Source of the DNA: Octopus vulgaris
Lineage: Eukaryota
Reading direction: 5' to 3'
DNA length: 64,000 bases
Assembly (NCBI GenBank): GCA_951406725.2
Contig: OX597819.1
Coordinates: 77,314,001-77,378,000, forward strand
Below are positions 45,727 through 59,076 of the stretch, piece by piece. Positions within the stretch are counted from its first letter, which is position 1; each line of letters opens with the position of its first letter. The notes beneath the pieces were generated by a model, which saw only the letters and a program-made list of their open reading frames with translations, was not told the DNA's origin and made no database searches. The position numbers and the translations under genes were made by a program.

Positions 45727-45901
45727 AGCGGGACCCATGGAAATTCCACGAACGAAAGAAATTAAGATGAGCTATTTAAGAAAGACAGGATGACTTGCAT
45801 GTTTATTGCATATAAATCATATTGTTTGCTAAGTTATTTCACTTCCAGCCACAATAATGTATTAAATGATTCTAAAATTTCCCTCTGCTAAACACTTTAT
45901 A

Positions 45902-45963
<62 letters not shown>

Positions 45964-46169
45964 TCTCAACCTCTTACCTCAACAAGCTTTTTACCATGTA
46001 ATTCCCCTCTTCACTTCGTTAACATTTCTCCCTTTTCCTTTCTCTTCACCTCTCACTTTCACAAACTACATAACTGTGTAATGTATCAGCTGGCTATCTG
46101 CTATCTCCCTCTCTCTCTCTCTCTCACTTTCACTTTCACACTCCCTCTTCCTCTCTCTTTCACTCGCCC

Positions 46170-46206
<37 letters not shown>

Positions 46207-46515
46207 CTTCACCTCTCGGTCTCTTCTCCTATAATGTGTGAACGAACAAACAAACAGAGTTTTAATATAGATCTTTTACCGTTTATCTTTTACTTGTTTC
46301 AGTCATTGGATTACGGCCATACTGGGGCACTGCATTGAAGAATTTTAGTCGAACAAATTGACTCTACAAACGCAGACAAAACGCATATACACACAACACA
46401 CACACACACATACACACACACACACACATACATACACACGCACACGCGCACACAGACACACATACATATATATATATATATTATATACACACACACACAT
46501 ATATATATGTATATG

Positions 46516-46570
<55 letters not shown>

Positions 46571-46966
46571 TCACAATCAACAGGCTACAGGCTTCTTTCA
46601 GTTTCTGTCTACCAAGTCTACTCACAAAGCTTTGATTGTCCCGAGGCTATTGCAGAAAAAAACTTGCTCAAGTTACCACGCTGTGGTACTGAACCCGAAA
46701 CCACGTGGTTAGGGAGCAAACTTCTAGTCACACAGATGTATGTGTGTGTATGTGTATGTATTTGTAAGTGTGTATGTGTGTGTGTGTTTTCGTTTGTCTA
46801 CCACCACGACGTCGCAACCGATTTTGGTTTATTTACATTCCTTTAACAAAACGGTTCTGCATAAGAAACTGATACAAAAATACCAGACTTAATAAATGAA
46901 TTAGGGGCTATTTTCCGACCAAATCTCTTTCCGTGTGGTGCCCCAAATGACCGAAACAAGTAAAGG

Positions 46967-47013
<47 letters not shown>

Positions 47014-48300
47014 AACTAGTGGTCTCACAGCTTCCATCTACCAAAACCCACACGAACCATTGGTCGACTGGGGCTATAGTACAAAGCACTTGCTTAAGAT
47101 CTAAGATCCGAGCATTGGGACTAAACCCGGGATCACAAGGTTGCAAAATGAGCTTCTTAACCACACACCCATGCCAACTTATTTGTCTGCAAATTGCCTA
47201 AACGCTAGAACATTGGTTGAAAAGCGTTTGTGATATTTATTTCGAAACTGTGATCTGAGTTCAAATCTTGCCGTGGTTAGCTTCGTTTTTCATCCTTCTG
47301 GGATCGAGATAAACAACGAAACATGTCAAGGACTGACAGAAATATTAGAGCAACGATAGAAACGCTTCGCAGTATTTGTTCCTGCTCTTTGTGAGCTGAG
47401 TTCAAATCCTGCAGTGGCCTATTTGTGATTATGGACTTGAACTGTCACCTGGAACAACACCACCTCTTTGTGTGCTTCACTCTGTTGCAAGATTTATAAT
47501 AATTCTCCGATTTCAGCACACCTCTTTCCCTTGTCTGCTACCAGTCTCGAGGGCTCTGCAAAAGTTTATAGTCACGGCCCTTTCTTGCTATTTAAATGGC
47601 TAAAAAATGAAGTACAACAACTGGTGAACACAGAAGTCGTTAATTATGGGATTTTTAACGCATCTGTCACTACTTCCCGGCATATCAATTGAAGGAAAAG
47701 AGAATGTGTGAGTGCTCGGGCACGCATGTATGTATTTGTGCGTGAGAGAGAAAGGCTGACCAACAAAGAGACAGTCAGGTAAACAGAGAGACAAATAGAT
47801 TGATAGGAAGAGAGAGACAAACAGGGGAACAGACGGCTGGAGAAACGATGGAGTTTTCTGTAAACTCAATGACAAACACATGGCACAAAAAATTTCGTTC
47901 GAAGTGAACAGGGATTTACTTCACAGTGTGTCGTAGATTTTTTTCATCTTGCGATGTATACGAGCAGAAGATACATGCATTCCTGAATACGTACATACAC
48001 CCCACACCAACAATGTGTGTTTGTGTGTGTGTGCGCGCGCGTGTCTGTGTATCCAAATTGGTTTCAAATATTGGCACAAGGCCAGCAATTTCAGAGTAGT
48101 GGCGTAATAACTGGCACTTATTTTATGAAACCCGAGAAGATGAAAGGTAAAGTCGACCTCGGCAGAAATTGATCTCAGAACATGAAGGTGTGCTAACGGC
48201 TCGGCCAGCTCACTGCCTTATATATATATATATATATATACTCTTTTACTCTTTTACCTGTTTCAGTCATTTGACTGTGGCCATGCTGGAGCACCGCCTT

Positions 48301-48343
<43 letters not shown>

Positions 48344-49079
48344 CAACTACGGTAGTAGTTGAATAATATTCTTAAGGCTGCAATTTACTCACACGCAGCA
48401 CCTTTCGGGGCTTGTCGCTAATTCAGTTCTTAACGAAATTGAAAACTGTTAACATTTTTGAAGAGAACTGGTCCCTAGCTACATTTTGGCATTAAAAAAT
48501 TTGAGATTTGATCCAGTAGAAAAAAATTTACATTTAACTTTCTAGCAACGTTGTAGGAGAGTAAGTAACGCCACCAAGTCAAGTTTAGATCTAAATAACT
48601 TTTTTATTTTAAAACGAAAATATATTTATCTTACCATCAATAATAGAAGAAAACATGAAGAATTTCATAGTTTTGTTCCCATGCAACAAAAATTTGTATA
48701 AAAAAAGTTGTCAGTAAAATATCATGAAAAAATATATAAGTAAGGCAAAACATTGCATTTAAGTATAATTAGCTTTTTTATTTTAAAAACAAACTTAATT
48801 TTAATTAAACTTAAATGACAGAGCTCAATTTGCGAAAGTCCATGGCATCAATTTCATGCAATGAAGTTTTAAAAGAAAAGATTATGAGTGTTTGTTTCTC
48901 AAATTTGATGGTAATAATATAGTTCTATACCTTTTTATGAATATAGTTCCATGAGGGGACTTTTAATATAAGTCACCGGCGTCATTGAGGTAAGGAAAAA
49001 ATTATCAATGACACTGCTAATTGACACAGTTGACACATTATTAATTAAGATTATAGCATAGTCTGGAAAAAACATGGAT

Positions 49080-49925
49080 TACATAGAAAAATGCGAGCAA
49101 GAGAAATAATATTCTTAAGATTATAAACCTGATTATAAAATTAAAGGACAAGTTATTGGAAAAGTTCAAGATATCTGGTAAAGTACAGAACAAGAAAACT
49201 TTTACTTAAAATATTGCAGCTAAGGATAAAATTTGAATATTAAAAATTATTTGATTTTAATTTACAAAGTAACACTTTATTTAAAAAAGGCACCATCATT
49301 TTGTTAAAATACTGACACACCAGAATACTTTAAAAATGAGAGCCAGGAGTACTAATATAACTAAAGCTTTATGCAAAGTAGAATAGTATATATATGGTAG
49401 GCAAATTCATTATGTAAAGAATAGGTATTGGGTCAAGACTAAAAATGTGAAGTCTTGGCAATAACTTGAGCAATAACACAAGTAAATTTTATTGTGAATT
49501 TGTAGTTATAGGTAGATTTTACTGTAATATATAGCTAATGTTTGTATTATTCTATTTATTGTACTAACTTATTATGTACTACTATTATTTTTATAACCTA
49601 TTTTCAAATTTATAATTATTAATTAATAATTTTAAAATGAATTATTTTAAAGTGCAAAAATTATTTTGATTGATTTATTTTAATTTTTAATAGAAGTTAA
49701 AAGTAATAACAAATCGAAGTAATAACTTGTAATAAAATTTTTAGCTTTAATAAAAGCTAATATTTTCAAATCTAAATATTTTATTTGAAATTTTATCCTT
49801 AGCTGCAAGGCACCAGATGTAACAAGTTGTCTTGAACTTTTCCAAGTGTAATAATTTGTCCTGTAATTTTCCAGGTTTTGTAATCTTAAGAATATTATTT
49901 CCCTCGCTCGCATTTTTCCATATAA
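49080..49925. mobile_element. Degenerate fold-back/MITE-like element with long inverted repeats
   Basis: GAAAAATGCGAGC..AAATAATATTCTTAAGATTA..TTGGAAAAGTTCAAGA..TGCAGCTAAGGATAAAATTT is mirrored at about 49790-49920. Confidence 0.6.
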
Positions 49926-49929
49926 CACA

Positions 49930-50120
49930 CACACACCGATTTTTTTTTCCTCTGTCTTCCCTTCTCTGGAACTTTCCTTCTATGTTTCCGACGAAGAGTT
50001 CCGCTCGAAACGTTAAACCCTCCTTCTTTCCTTCTTTCCTGAGCGTCCAGTAATACTATATTTGTTCCACGTCCTCGCGTTGTTGTGTTTTTTTTTGTGC
50101 CTTCTTGTTTGGATTAACTA
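49930..50120 (+). mobile_element. Short PLE pLTR-like element with degenerate hammerhead-like motif
   Basis: CCGACGA-A-GAGTTCCGCTC-GAAA-CGTT at 49988-50014; same family as 15500-15700; ends in (TA)n. Confidence 0.6.
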
Positions 50121-50139
50121 TATATATATATATATATAT

Positions 50140-50712
50140 TAATAATAATAATATTAGGGAATAAATCCAAACTTACAGGGAAAAATTAGATTTAGGATTA
50201 AATCCAACTTTATAGTATAAATATATTATATTATATTATATTAAATTAGAGATAAAACCACTATTAGGCAAATCAAACAGTGAAAAACATAAGCCAATAC
50301 ATTAAATTAATTTAAAAATATAAAAGTTTAAAAAATTATTTAAATAATTTAAACTTATAAATTTAATGTATATATACAAATATATATATATATGTATGTA
50401 TGTATATTTTTATATTTATATATTATTTATTTATTAATTTATTTATTTATTTATGTATTTATTTATTTTTTTAAATATCAAAAGTATTAAAAGTTTAATA
50501 AAAGATAAAGAATAAATAAATTAATTAATTAATAATATATAAATATAAAAATATACATATATATATATATATATTTATATATATTAAATTTATAAGTTTA
50601 AATTATTTAAATAATTTTTTAACTTTTATATTTTTAAATTAATTTTATGTATTGGCTTATGTTTTTCACTGTTTGATTTGCCTAATAGTAGTTTTATCTC
50701 TAATTTAATATA

Positions 50713-50720
<8 letters not shown>
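50140..50720. mobile_element. AT-rich fold-back element (tail + inverted arms) in (TA)n
   Basis: Arms at about 50225-50390 and 50560-50720 are near-perfect reverse complements. A single-arm copy lies at about 4120-4200. Confidence 0.7.
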
Positions 50721-50757
<37 letters not shown>

Positions 50758-51098
50758 CTTTTTCAGAAAAGCATAAATCCGGAGAAGCATACTCTAAGAA
50801 GTAGAGCAGTCTATATTAATTATTGGTGAAAGCCAGTATATAGGGTTACTCTGGGTTTCTCGCCATTAAAGGGTACCTTTATGGCGTATCTTCAGACCCT
50901 GAGACCCGATGGCCTATGGCCTCTTTAAAATATGGAGGGAAAACTATACAGATATAAACAATGAGGATTATCTCCCTTCGGTGCTTGTCATCGGGTTCCG
51001 GCTGTGTCGTCCTCCTTCAGTCAAGCCACCTATCAGCTATGAGGGTAAAATGTAGGGGGTTATCCCCTACTCACATGAGCAATCAATTTCCAGCTGTG

Positions 51099-51165
<67 letters not shown>

Positions 51166-51167
<2 letters not shown>

Positions 51168-51704
51168 GGATGTTCGTAAAGTTACGATACAGTTATTTGT
51201 AATAAAGAAATATCGTGGGTAGACTAAAAAGATTCTCGGAAAATATATGTATTACATCAGAAAATATTGTAACAATACAGGCAAGCAATTTCATTTACTA
51301 CAGTTATGTTAAATGTTCAAACTGCAAGCTTCAATGCATTCTCGACAACGTGAAAGCAGACTGTGACAAACTTTGGTGCTCAAGTCTGGATCAAGGTTAG
51401 CAAATGCATCAATAATGAACTGCGGAAGATCTTCAATACTTCTTGGCTTCCTCTGACTTACAAACATGGCTTCCTTAACTGACAAACTATTCGCAAAACT
51501 GATACCTGCGATCAGGATCATCCTCCAGAAGTCTGTAAATTAGGCGCGGAGTGTAAGGTTTAACATTGAATTTTGTAAGTGTTTTATGTAGTGATGTTCG
51601 TTTGATACCAATTTCTGTACTAGCACGGTGAATTGATTTCTATGGGCAACTGTATCATAGAGTTGTTTTCAGCCTAACTGTATAGTAACTTTGCGGACAC
51701 TCGA
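51166..51704 (-). mobile_element. Deleted Tc1-like DNA transposon
   Basis: TIRs ..TGTTCGTAAAGTTACGATACAGTTA / TAACTGTATAGTAACTTTGCGGACA..; transposase C-terminus RKPRSIEDL..FIIDAF...RCRECIEA. Confidence 0.7.
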
Positions 51705-53062
51705 TGTCTTATACTTAGTGTACGTATTTTGTTTATGCGCTTATTGACTGCGGGGTTCGATTTGAAACGTCGCATGTTATAAAGCCTTGGACGAATCCTG
51801 TAACCGCAAAAACAAAATACATGCATTATGTTCCACACCCTCCCACCCACACAAATATACGCACACACACATACACATACATACATGCGAGCGCAATGAA
51901 CCCTCCGTTCAGTCTCCGTCTATTAAATTTCACTCATAAAGATTGCGTCAACACGAGGCTGTAGCCGATTCCAACAACTAACGTTATCGCGCAGACGGAT
52001 CGAACCCAGTAAAAATATTTCCCGAACCGAACTTCTTATCTAAACTACATAGTCTTGCTGATTTCGTTTTTACTGCATTTCTCTTTTATATATTACATTA
52101 TTTAAATGTTTTTCTATAATACTTTCATTGGGATTGAACCTGAATTCTGTATGTTATAAAATACACAGATGATGATAAAAATATATATATATTGACTAAT
52201 TTACTGATTCCATTCACTGAACTGGATCCATTTATACGGCATACACTTTCGCCCATCGATATCAAACGCAGAAGGATGAAAAGACAATATTGATCTGATT
52301 CGGCTTAGAAGAACCAAATCTTGCTACGAATTTTGTTCATCGCTCAACTAGTTCCGTCATCTCCCGCGATTTGTATTATTATATGCACTTAAAACAGCAT
52401 TAGATTATAAAACTGTTGTTTAACATTTATTACACTACGTAACAAAATTTTTTTTTTATTTTGTTTTTGTTGTTTGCTTCTATCTAGAAATCAACAGAAA
52501 TGACTATTATTCCCTTCAAAATGTGCTTTTCTGACCGGGACATTAATGTTTTGAAACTGACCTATTTTCCATTACATTTCAGACAGATTCAGTGTTGAGT
52601 TACTGAAACAGAAATATCGTTATAGCAAATATTCTGCTCTATACTACAGATTTGCTTGTCAGTTGCTTGCCCTTAACCACTTGAGCATTTCCTCTAGTGG
52701 TTGACAATTTGTGCGTCTCTGATCATGAGCAGGAGTAGTGGTGGAGCATCACAGTCATGCGTTGAGAAAGAGTCTTTAGGTTTGAATAAATGTAACAAAA
52801 ACATGAAATATTAGCCATTTTTCATATTTTCTATGGGTAAGCAAATGGGAAATAAGAGTTGCTGCCCAAGAACAAAAGTCGTATTACGTAGAGTTATGCA
52901 TATGGATGCATATGTTGACTATAATATTTTGTCGCAGAGAAACTTTTGAAAGATTTGTATTAAAAGCTTCTGAGCGAGAGCTGTGTTTTTAGTACACAGG
53001 GTTTTTTTTTAAAGCTTCTCTATAACAAAAAAATTGCAATGTGTACCGTTCCATATTTGTAT

Positions 53063-53470
53063 ACTCTTTTACTCTTTTACTTGTTTCAGTCACTTGACTG
53101 CGGCCATGCTGGAGCACCGCCTTTAATCGAGCAACTCGACCAGGGACTTATTCTTTTGTAAGCCCAGTACTTATTCTATCGGACTCTTTTGCCGAACCGC
53201 TAAGTAACGGGGACATAAACACACCAGCATCGGTTGTCAAGCAATGCTAGGGGGACAAATACAGACACACAAACATACATACGCATATATATATATACAT
53301 ATATACGACGGGCTTCTTTCAGTTTCCGTCTACCAAATCCACTCACAAGGCTTTGGTCGGCCCGAGACTATAGTAGAAGGCACTTGCCCAAGGTGCCACG
53401 CAGTGGGACTGAACCCGGAACCATGTGGTTGGTAAACAAGCTACTTACCACACAGCCACTCCTGCGCCTA
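53063..53470 (-). mobile_element. SINE family A, full length
   Basis: Same sequence family and (TACTCTTT)n tail as 36451-36850. Confidence 0.85.
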
Positions 53471-53924
53471 TATGTATATTTCATATGAACGTTATGCACG
53501 TCAGCAATTTAATCTAACGCTGTTTTAAGTGTGTATATTAATTTAATTCTAGCTTGGCTAGCTTTCCCGATATATACATCTGAGCGAATATCTTTTCTAC
53601 ATAGCTTAAAATATGCGAAAGGAAAGGGGAAGTGATAAAGTCGTCATCGAAGAAACTAAATTAGGTCGAAACACCGTGTCTGACAATCCGCTGATATTCT
53701 GATCAAGCCATGTGTTTTTAACAGACAAATCTCTTTGAGAAGTTTCACCTTTGTATATACATTATAAATGTTATACACTTCGTATAATAAATTGTGTTCA
53801 TATATAGGTATAAGGCCATACATTTTAAAAGGAAATAACTACTAAAGGAATTCACCCAGTATCAGATTGATATTCATTTTATCAGCTCCAAGGCATTGGA
53901 AGGCAAAGACTACTCTTCTTTTAC

Positions 53925-53978
<54 letters not shown>

Positions 53979-53981
53979 CAT

Positions 53982-54335
53982 TCAGTAGTTTTATTTTTAT
54001 AGCGTGCTTTCACTTCACTACCGAGCGCAGCTCTGTGTGCCTTGGGTATGTGCTGTGATTTGTTGTGATGCTCTGATGGTTATTGTATGGAAAGTGTTCT
54101 GCGTAGGATGTGTGCAGTGCCTAGTAGTGCAATTTTCTGTATGTTATATGTGTTTGTAAGTCCTGGTGTTTTTAAGTCCTGGTGTTTTTGTTATGTATTT
54201 GTCTGAATATTTTTTGATCATACCTAATACACCTACTATGATAGGAATTGTTTCTGTTTTTAGATTCCACATTCTGGTTACCTCTATTTCCAGGTCTTTG
54301 TATTTTGAAAGTTTCTCCATTTCTTTTAAAGACAC
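53982..54335 (-). mobile_element. R4/Dong-like 3' fragment
   Basis: EKLSKYKDLEIEVTRMWNLKTETIPIIVGVLGMI...LLGTAHILR; (ATT)n flanks. Confidence 0.78.
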
Positions 54336-54381
<46 letters not shown>

Positions 54382-54432
54382 TTTTTTTTTTTTATTATTA
54401 TTATTAAGGAGGCGAGCTGGCAGAATCGTCAG

Positions 54433-54605
54433 CAGGCGCAGGAGTGGCTGTGTGATATGTAGCTTGCTTACCAACCACATGGTTCCGGGTTCAGTCCCAC
54501 TGCGTGGCACCTTGGGCAAGTGTCTTCTACTATAGCCTCGGGCCGACCAAAGTCTTGTGAGTGGATTTGGTAGACAGAAACTGAAAGAGGCCTGTCGTAT
54601 ATATG

Positions 54606-54662
<57 letters not shown>

Positions 54663-54870
54663 ATGTGACTGTGTTGTCTCCAACATCGCTTGACAACCGA
54701 TGCTTGTGTGTTTACGTCCCCGTAACTTAGCGGTTCGGCTAAAGAGACCGATAGAATAAGTACTAGGCTTACAAAGAATAAGTCCTGGGCTCGATTTGGT
54801 CGACTAAAAGGCGGTGCTCCAGCATGGCCGCAGTCAAAATATTGAAACAAGTTAAAGAGAGTTAAAGAGT
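54433..54870 (+). mobile_element. tRNA-derived CORE-type SINE (family A), full length, nested in a family B SINE (54410-55050)
   Basis: Box A/B-like TGGCTGTGTG / GGTTCAGTCCC, GCACCTTGGGCAAGTGTCTT core, internal TA/TG microsatellite. Other copies near 13412-13815, 27460-27890, 36451-36850, 38505-39322, 46290-46735, 53063-53470 and 55263-55705. Confidence 0.85.
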
Positions 54871-55491
54871 TATGCTGGACTAAATGCTTAGCGGTACGTC
54901 GCCCGACGCTACATTCTGGGTTCAAATTCCGCCGACTTAGCCTTTCATCCTTTCGAGGTCAATAAATTAAGTACCAGTGAAACACTGGGGTCAATGTAAT
55001 CGACTAGTCCCCTATCCACAAATTTGAGCCCTTGTGTCTCCAGTAAAAAGTATAATTATTATTCTGGCTGTTGCAACATCGAATCCGAGCCATCAACAAT
55101 ATCGTTATCTATTTGTGTGTTTTTGTGTTCGTGTGTGTGTGTGTATGTGTGTGTGTGTGTGAGTGTGTGTGTGTGTGTGTGTAACTGACAACCGAGAGGA
55201 GAGTGGAGATTTATTAAAATGTTTTCTACAGCATATATATATGTGTGTGTGTGTGTGTGTATTCTTTTATTCTTTTACTTGTTTCAGTCATGTGACTGCG
55301 GCCATTTGATTGCTGGAATACCGCCTTAAAGGGTTTCTAGTCGAAGAAATCGGCACCATGACTTATTCTTTGTTAACCTAGTACTTATTCTATCGGTCTC
55401 TTTTTCCGAACTGCTAAGTCACGGGGACGTAAACACACCAGCACACGTTTTCAAGCGGTGGCGTGGGTACAAACACACACACATGAGTATG

Positions 55492-55548
<57 letters not shown>

Positions 55549-56427
55549 GATGTGCTTCTTCCAGTTTCCGTCTACCAAATTACCTCACAAGGCTTTTGTT
55601 GATCCGAGTCTATAGAAGAAGACACTTTGCCAAAGTGCCACATAGTGAGACTGAACCTTGAATGATGTGGTTGAGAAACAAATTTCTTACCACACAGCCA
55701 CGCCTGGTGGTCAGGGATTATTTTTTTTTTTTTGTAATAAATGGTTGAATTTTATGGTACGTTTTATAATTTTATGATACGTTTTATATCTCGGAGATAC
55801 ATAAGCAACCGGGATGGTCAAGCTTATTGAAGCCGAATTTATGTCATTCGAGACAGTGAATGTTAAGACGATGTGCATGTAATTTATATGGATTGTTTGT
55901 TTGTTCCTTTTCGTGCCATAAGGGCCGGTTTACCGGTTTCCTTGGCGTATAGGTTCCCCACCTGGATGGGACGCCGGTCCGTCGCAGGTGAGCTGCAAGA
56001 TGCAGGAGGAAAGAGAGTGAGAGAAAGTTGTAGCGAAAGAGTCAGCAGAAGTTCGCCAATACCTTCTGCCGGAGTCGCGTGGAGCTTAGGTGTTTCGCTC
56101 ATAAACACACCCCTCGCCCAGTCTGAAAGAAGCACGTCATATATATGTGTGTGTGTGTGTGGTTGTGTATGTATCAAGTATATATCCATATAGTGTGTAT
56201 TTGTATATGTGTTTGAGCCCGCCCTCACCGCTTGACAGCAGGTGATGGTTTGGGTAAGTCTTCGTAACTTTGATGTTCAGCAAAAATGCCGATAAAATAA
56301 GTACCGAGCTTTAAAAGAATTAGTATTATGTTCAATTCATTCGACTAAAGATTCTTTAAGGTGGTGCCCCAGTATGGCCGCATTCCAATGACTGAAACCA
56401 GTAAAAGATGAAAAATAAGTTCATTTA

Positions 56428-56916
56428 CCGTAAATCCTCGAGTATAATCCGCCCTTGAGTATAATACGCAGGGGGTTTTTAGGGGGCTGTACCTCTGAAA
56501 AAACATAAACCTTGTGTATAATACGCACCCCTTCTCTAACTTGAGTCAAGGAGGTCTATATAACGTCCTTGGTTTGTGAAAATGTATACGGTATTATTAT
56601 TGTATATTATTATTATTGTATATATAGCATAATGCAAACGTGTAGCTTTTTTGTGCATTTTGTTTGCAGAAAATAAAGAAATAACAGTAATAGTGTTTAA
56701 TAAATGTTGTTAACTGCAAGTTATGGATGATTTAAGGCATTTTCGCGCCCGACATCACAAAATGCGTCTGAATTAACATTGCCGGACAGTAAGTAGAGAC
56801 TCGGACATTGCTTAGAAAATAATTTTCATTTTTAACCACGAATATAATACGCACAAGGGATTTTGAACTTTAAATTTTGGGGAAAAAAAATGCGGATCAT
56901 ACTCGAGGATTTACGG
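56428..56916. mobile_element. pogo/Tc1-mariner-type MITE
   Basis: TIRs CCGTAAATCCTCGAGTAT(A/G)ATCCGC, TA duplication, repeated internal TATAATACGCA motif. Confidence 0.88.
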
Positions 56917-57731
56917 TAGGTCTATTCAGTGATCATATTTCTACTTTACTCTACCTCACTTTTCTTCAATTTTTTTTCAATTTATATTTCTTTTCCTCCT
57001 CATTTCTTTAAATATATTTTCCATTCTGTCTTCTTCCTCATTTTTTTCTCATATTGTTAGACATACAAACATAAGTGCATACATGCAATCATATCTATAG
57101 ATACATAAATACATATCGTGGCTATATTCTTAAACTGACGTATGTCCAACGATTTAAAAATACGGAATAATATTATTTATACTCGGTTCTTTTGGTCAAA
57201 CTATCGCATCTTCAGCTGCTTCAGATGACAAGATATGAAAATTGTAAAAGTGTAGTACAACGGTTTAGCATTTTTCAAAAGTGTTGTAAGTCCCGCATAC
57301 AACAGTTTTACAAAAAATATTTCTGACTGATGATATCACACATGCATGGAGTTATGATTTTACATACCCAACAAAGTAGTCTTGTTAAGCTGAAACTGTT
57401 GCTAATGTAAAAAGAAATGGAATAGTGAAATTATATTTTCGTTCTCTGAAAAAGAAACGTTTTGGACCTACGACACTTTTGCATAATAGAAACGATATAT
57501 ACATACACGTACGTATTGTCTGATAAAATGCCTCTGTAATGTCTAAAAAAGCAAGCATTACGTAAATTTTCACTAATTATTTTTGCGTAAGCTGGCGTTG
57601 CAAGTAGAACTGGGTAAGAAACAAATGTAACGAATCCTTAAAGATGTGCTAAAAGATTCTCTTAGTATTAGTATTTGGATAATTTACTCTTACCGAAACC
57701 CACTTTACGGTGTGATCATCGTGAAACGTGG

Positions 57732-58731
<1,000 letters not shown>

Positions 58732-58760
58732 CGAGAAAGAAGCAACAAGAATGGATAGGT

Positions 58761-58851
58761 TTTTAGTACAATCGTTTCATACAAGGACAGGCTTTATTAA
58801 AAGTTGTAAAAATTACAGCATATAAACGTGTCCTGTACTCATCAGCTAAAA
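58761..58851 (-). ncRNA. Inverted copy of the PLE hammerhead ribozyme
   Basis: Reverse complement of 62999-63089; core nucleotides identical. Confidence 0.82.
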
Positions 58852-59076
58852 TACATGTGAGTTCTCTAGACATCCTATTGGTTGAGGCTATACTCATGAA
58901 GTAGATAATTAAGTAACATAAACAGATTTCCAAAGTTCATTAAACGCCTTAGCAAGGAGAACTTTGAGAAAGAACACCCGTTAAGGTATAACCCTCACCT
59001 TAGACGCCTTAGGAACTTTATTCAGTCAACCCGGTGCAAACATGGAATCCTAGTACCAGCAGATAAAACGGGTAAT

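Noticed and set aside
57327-57732. CTGATGA-TATCACAC ... GTGTGAT..GAAACGTGG as a hammerhead with an insert of about 380 nt
   Set aside because: Extra unpaired bases before GAAA, no UH triplet and no stem I; may be chance or a heavily decayed remnant.
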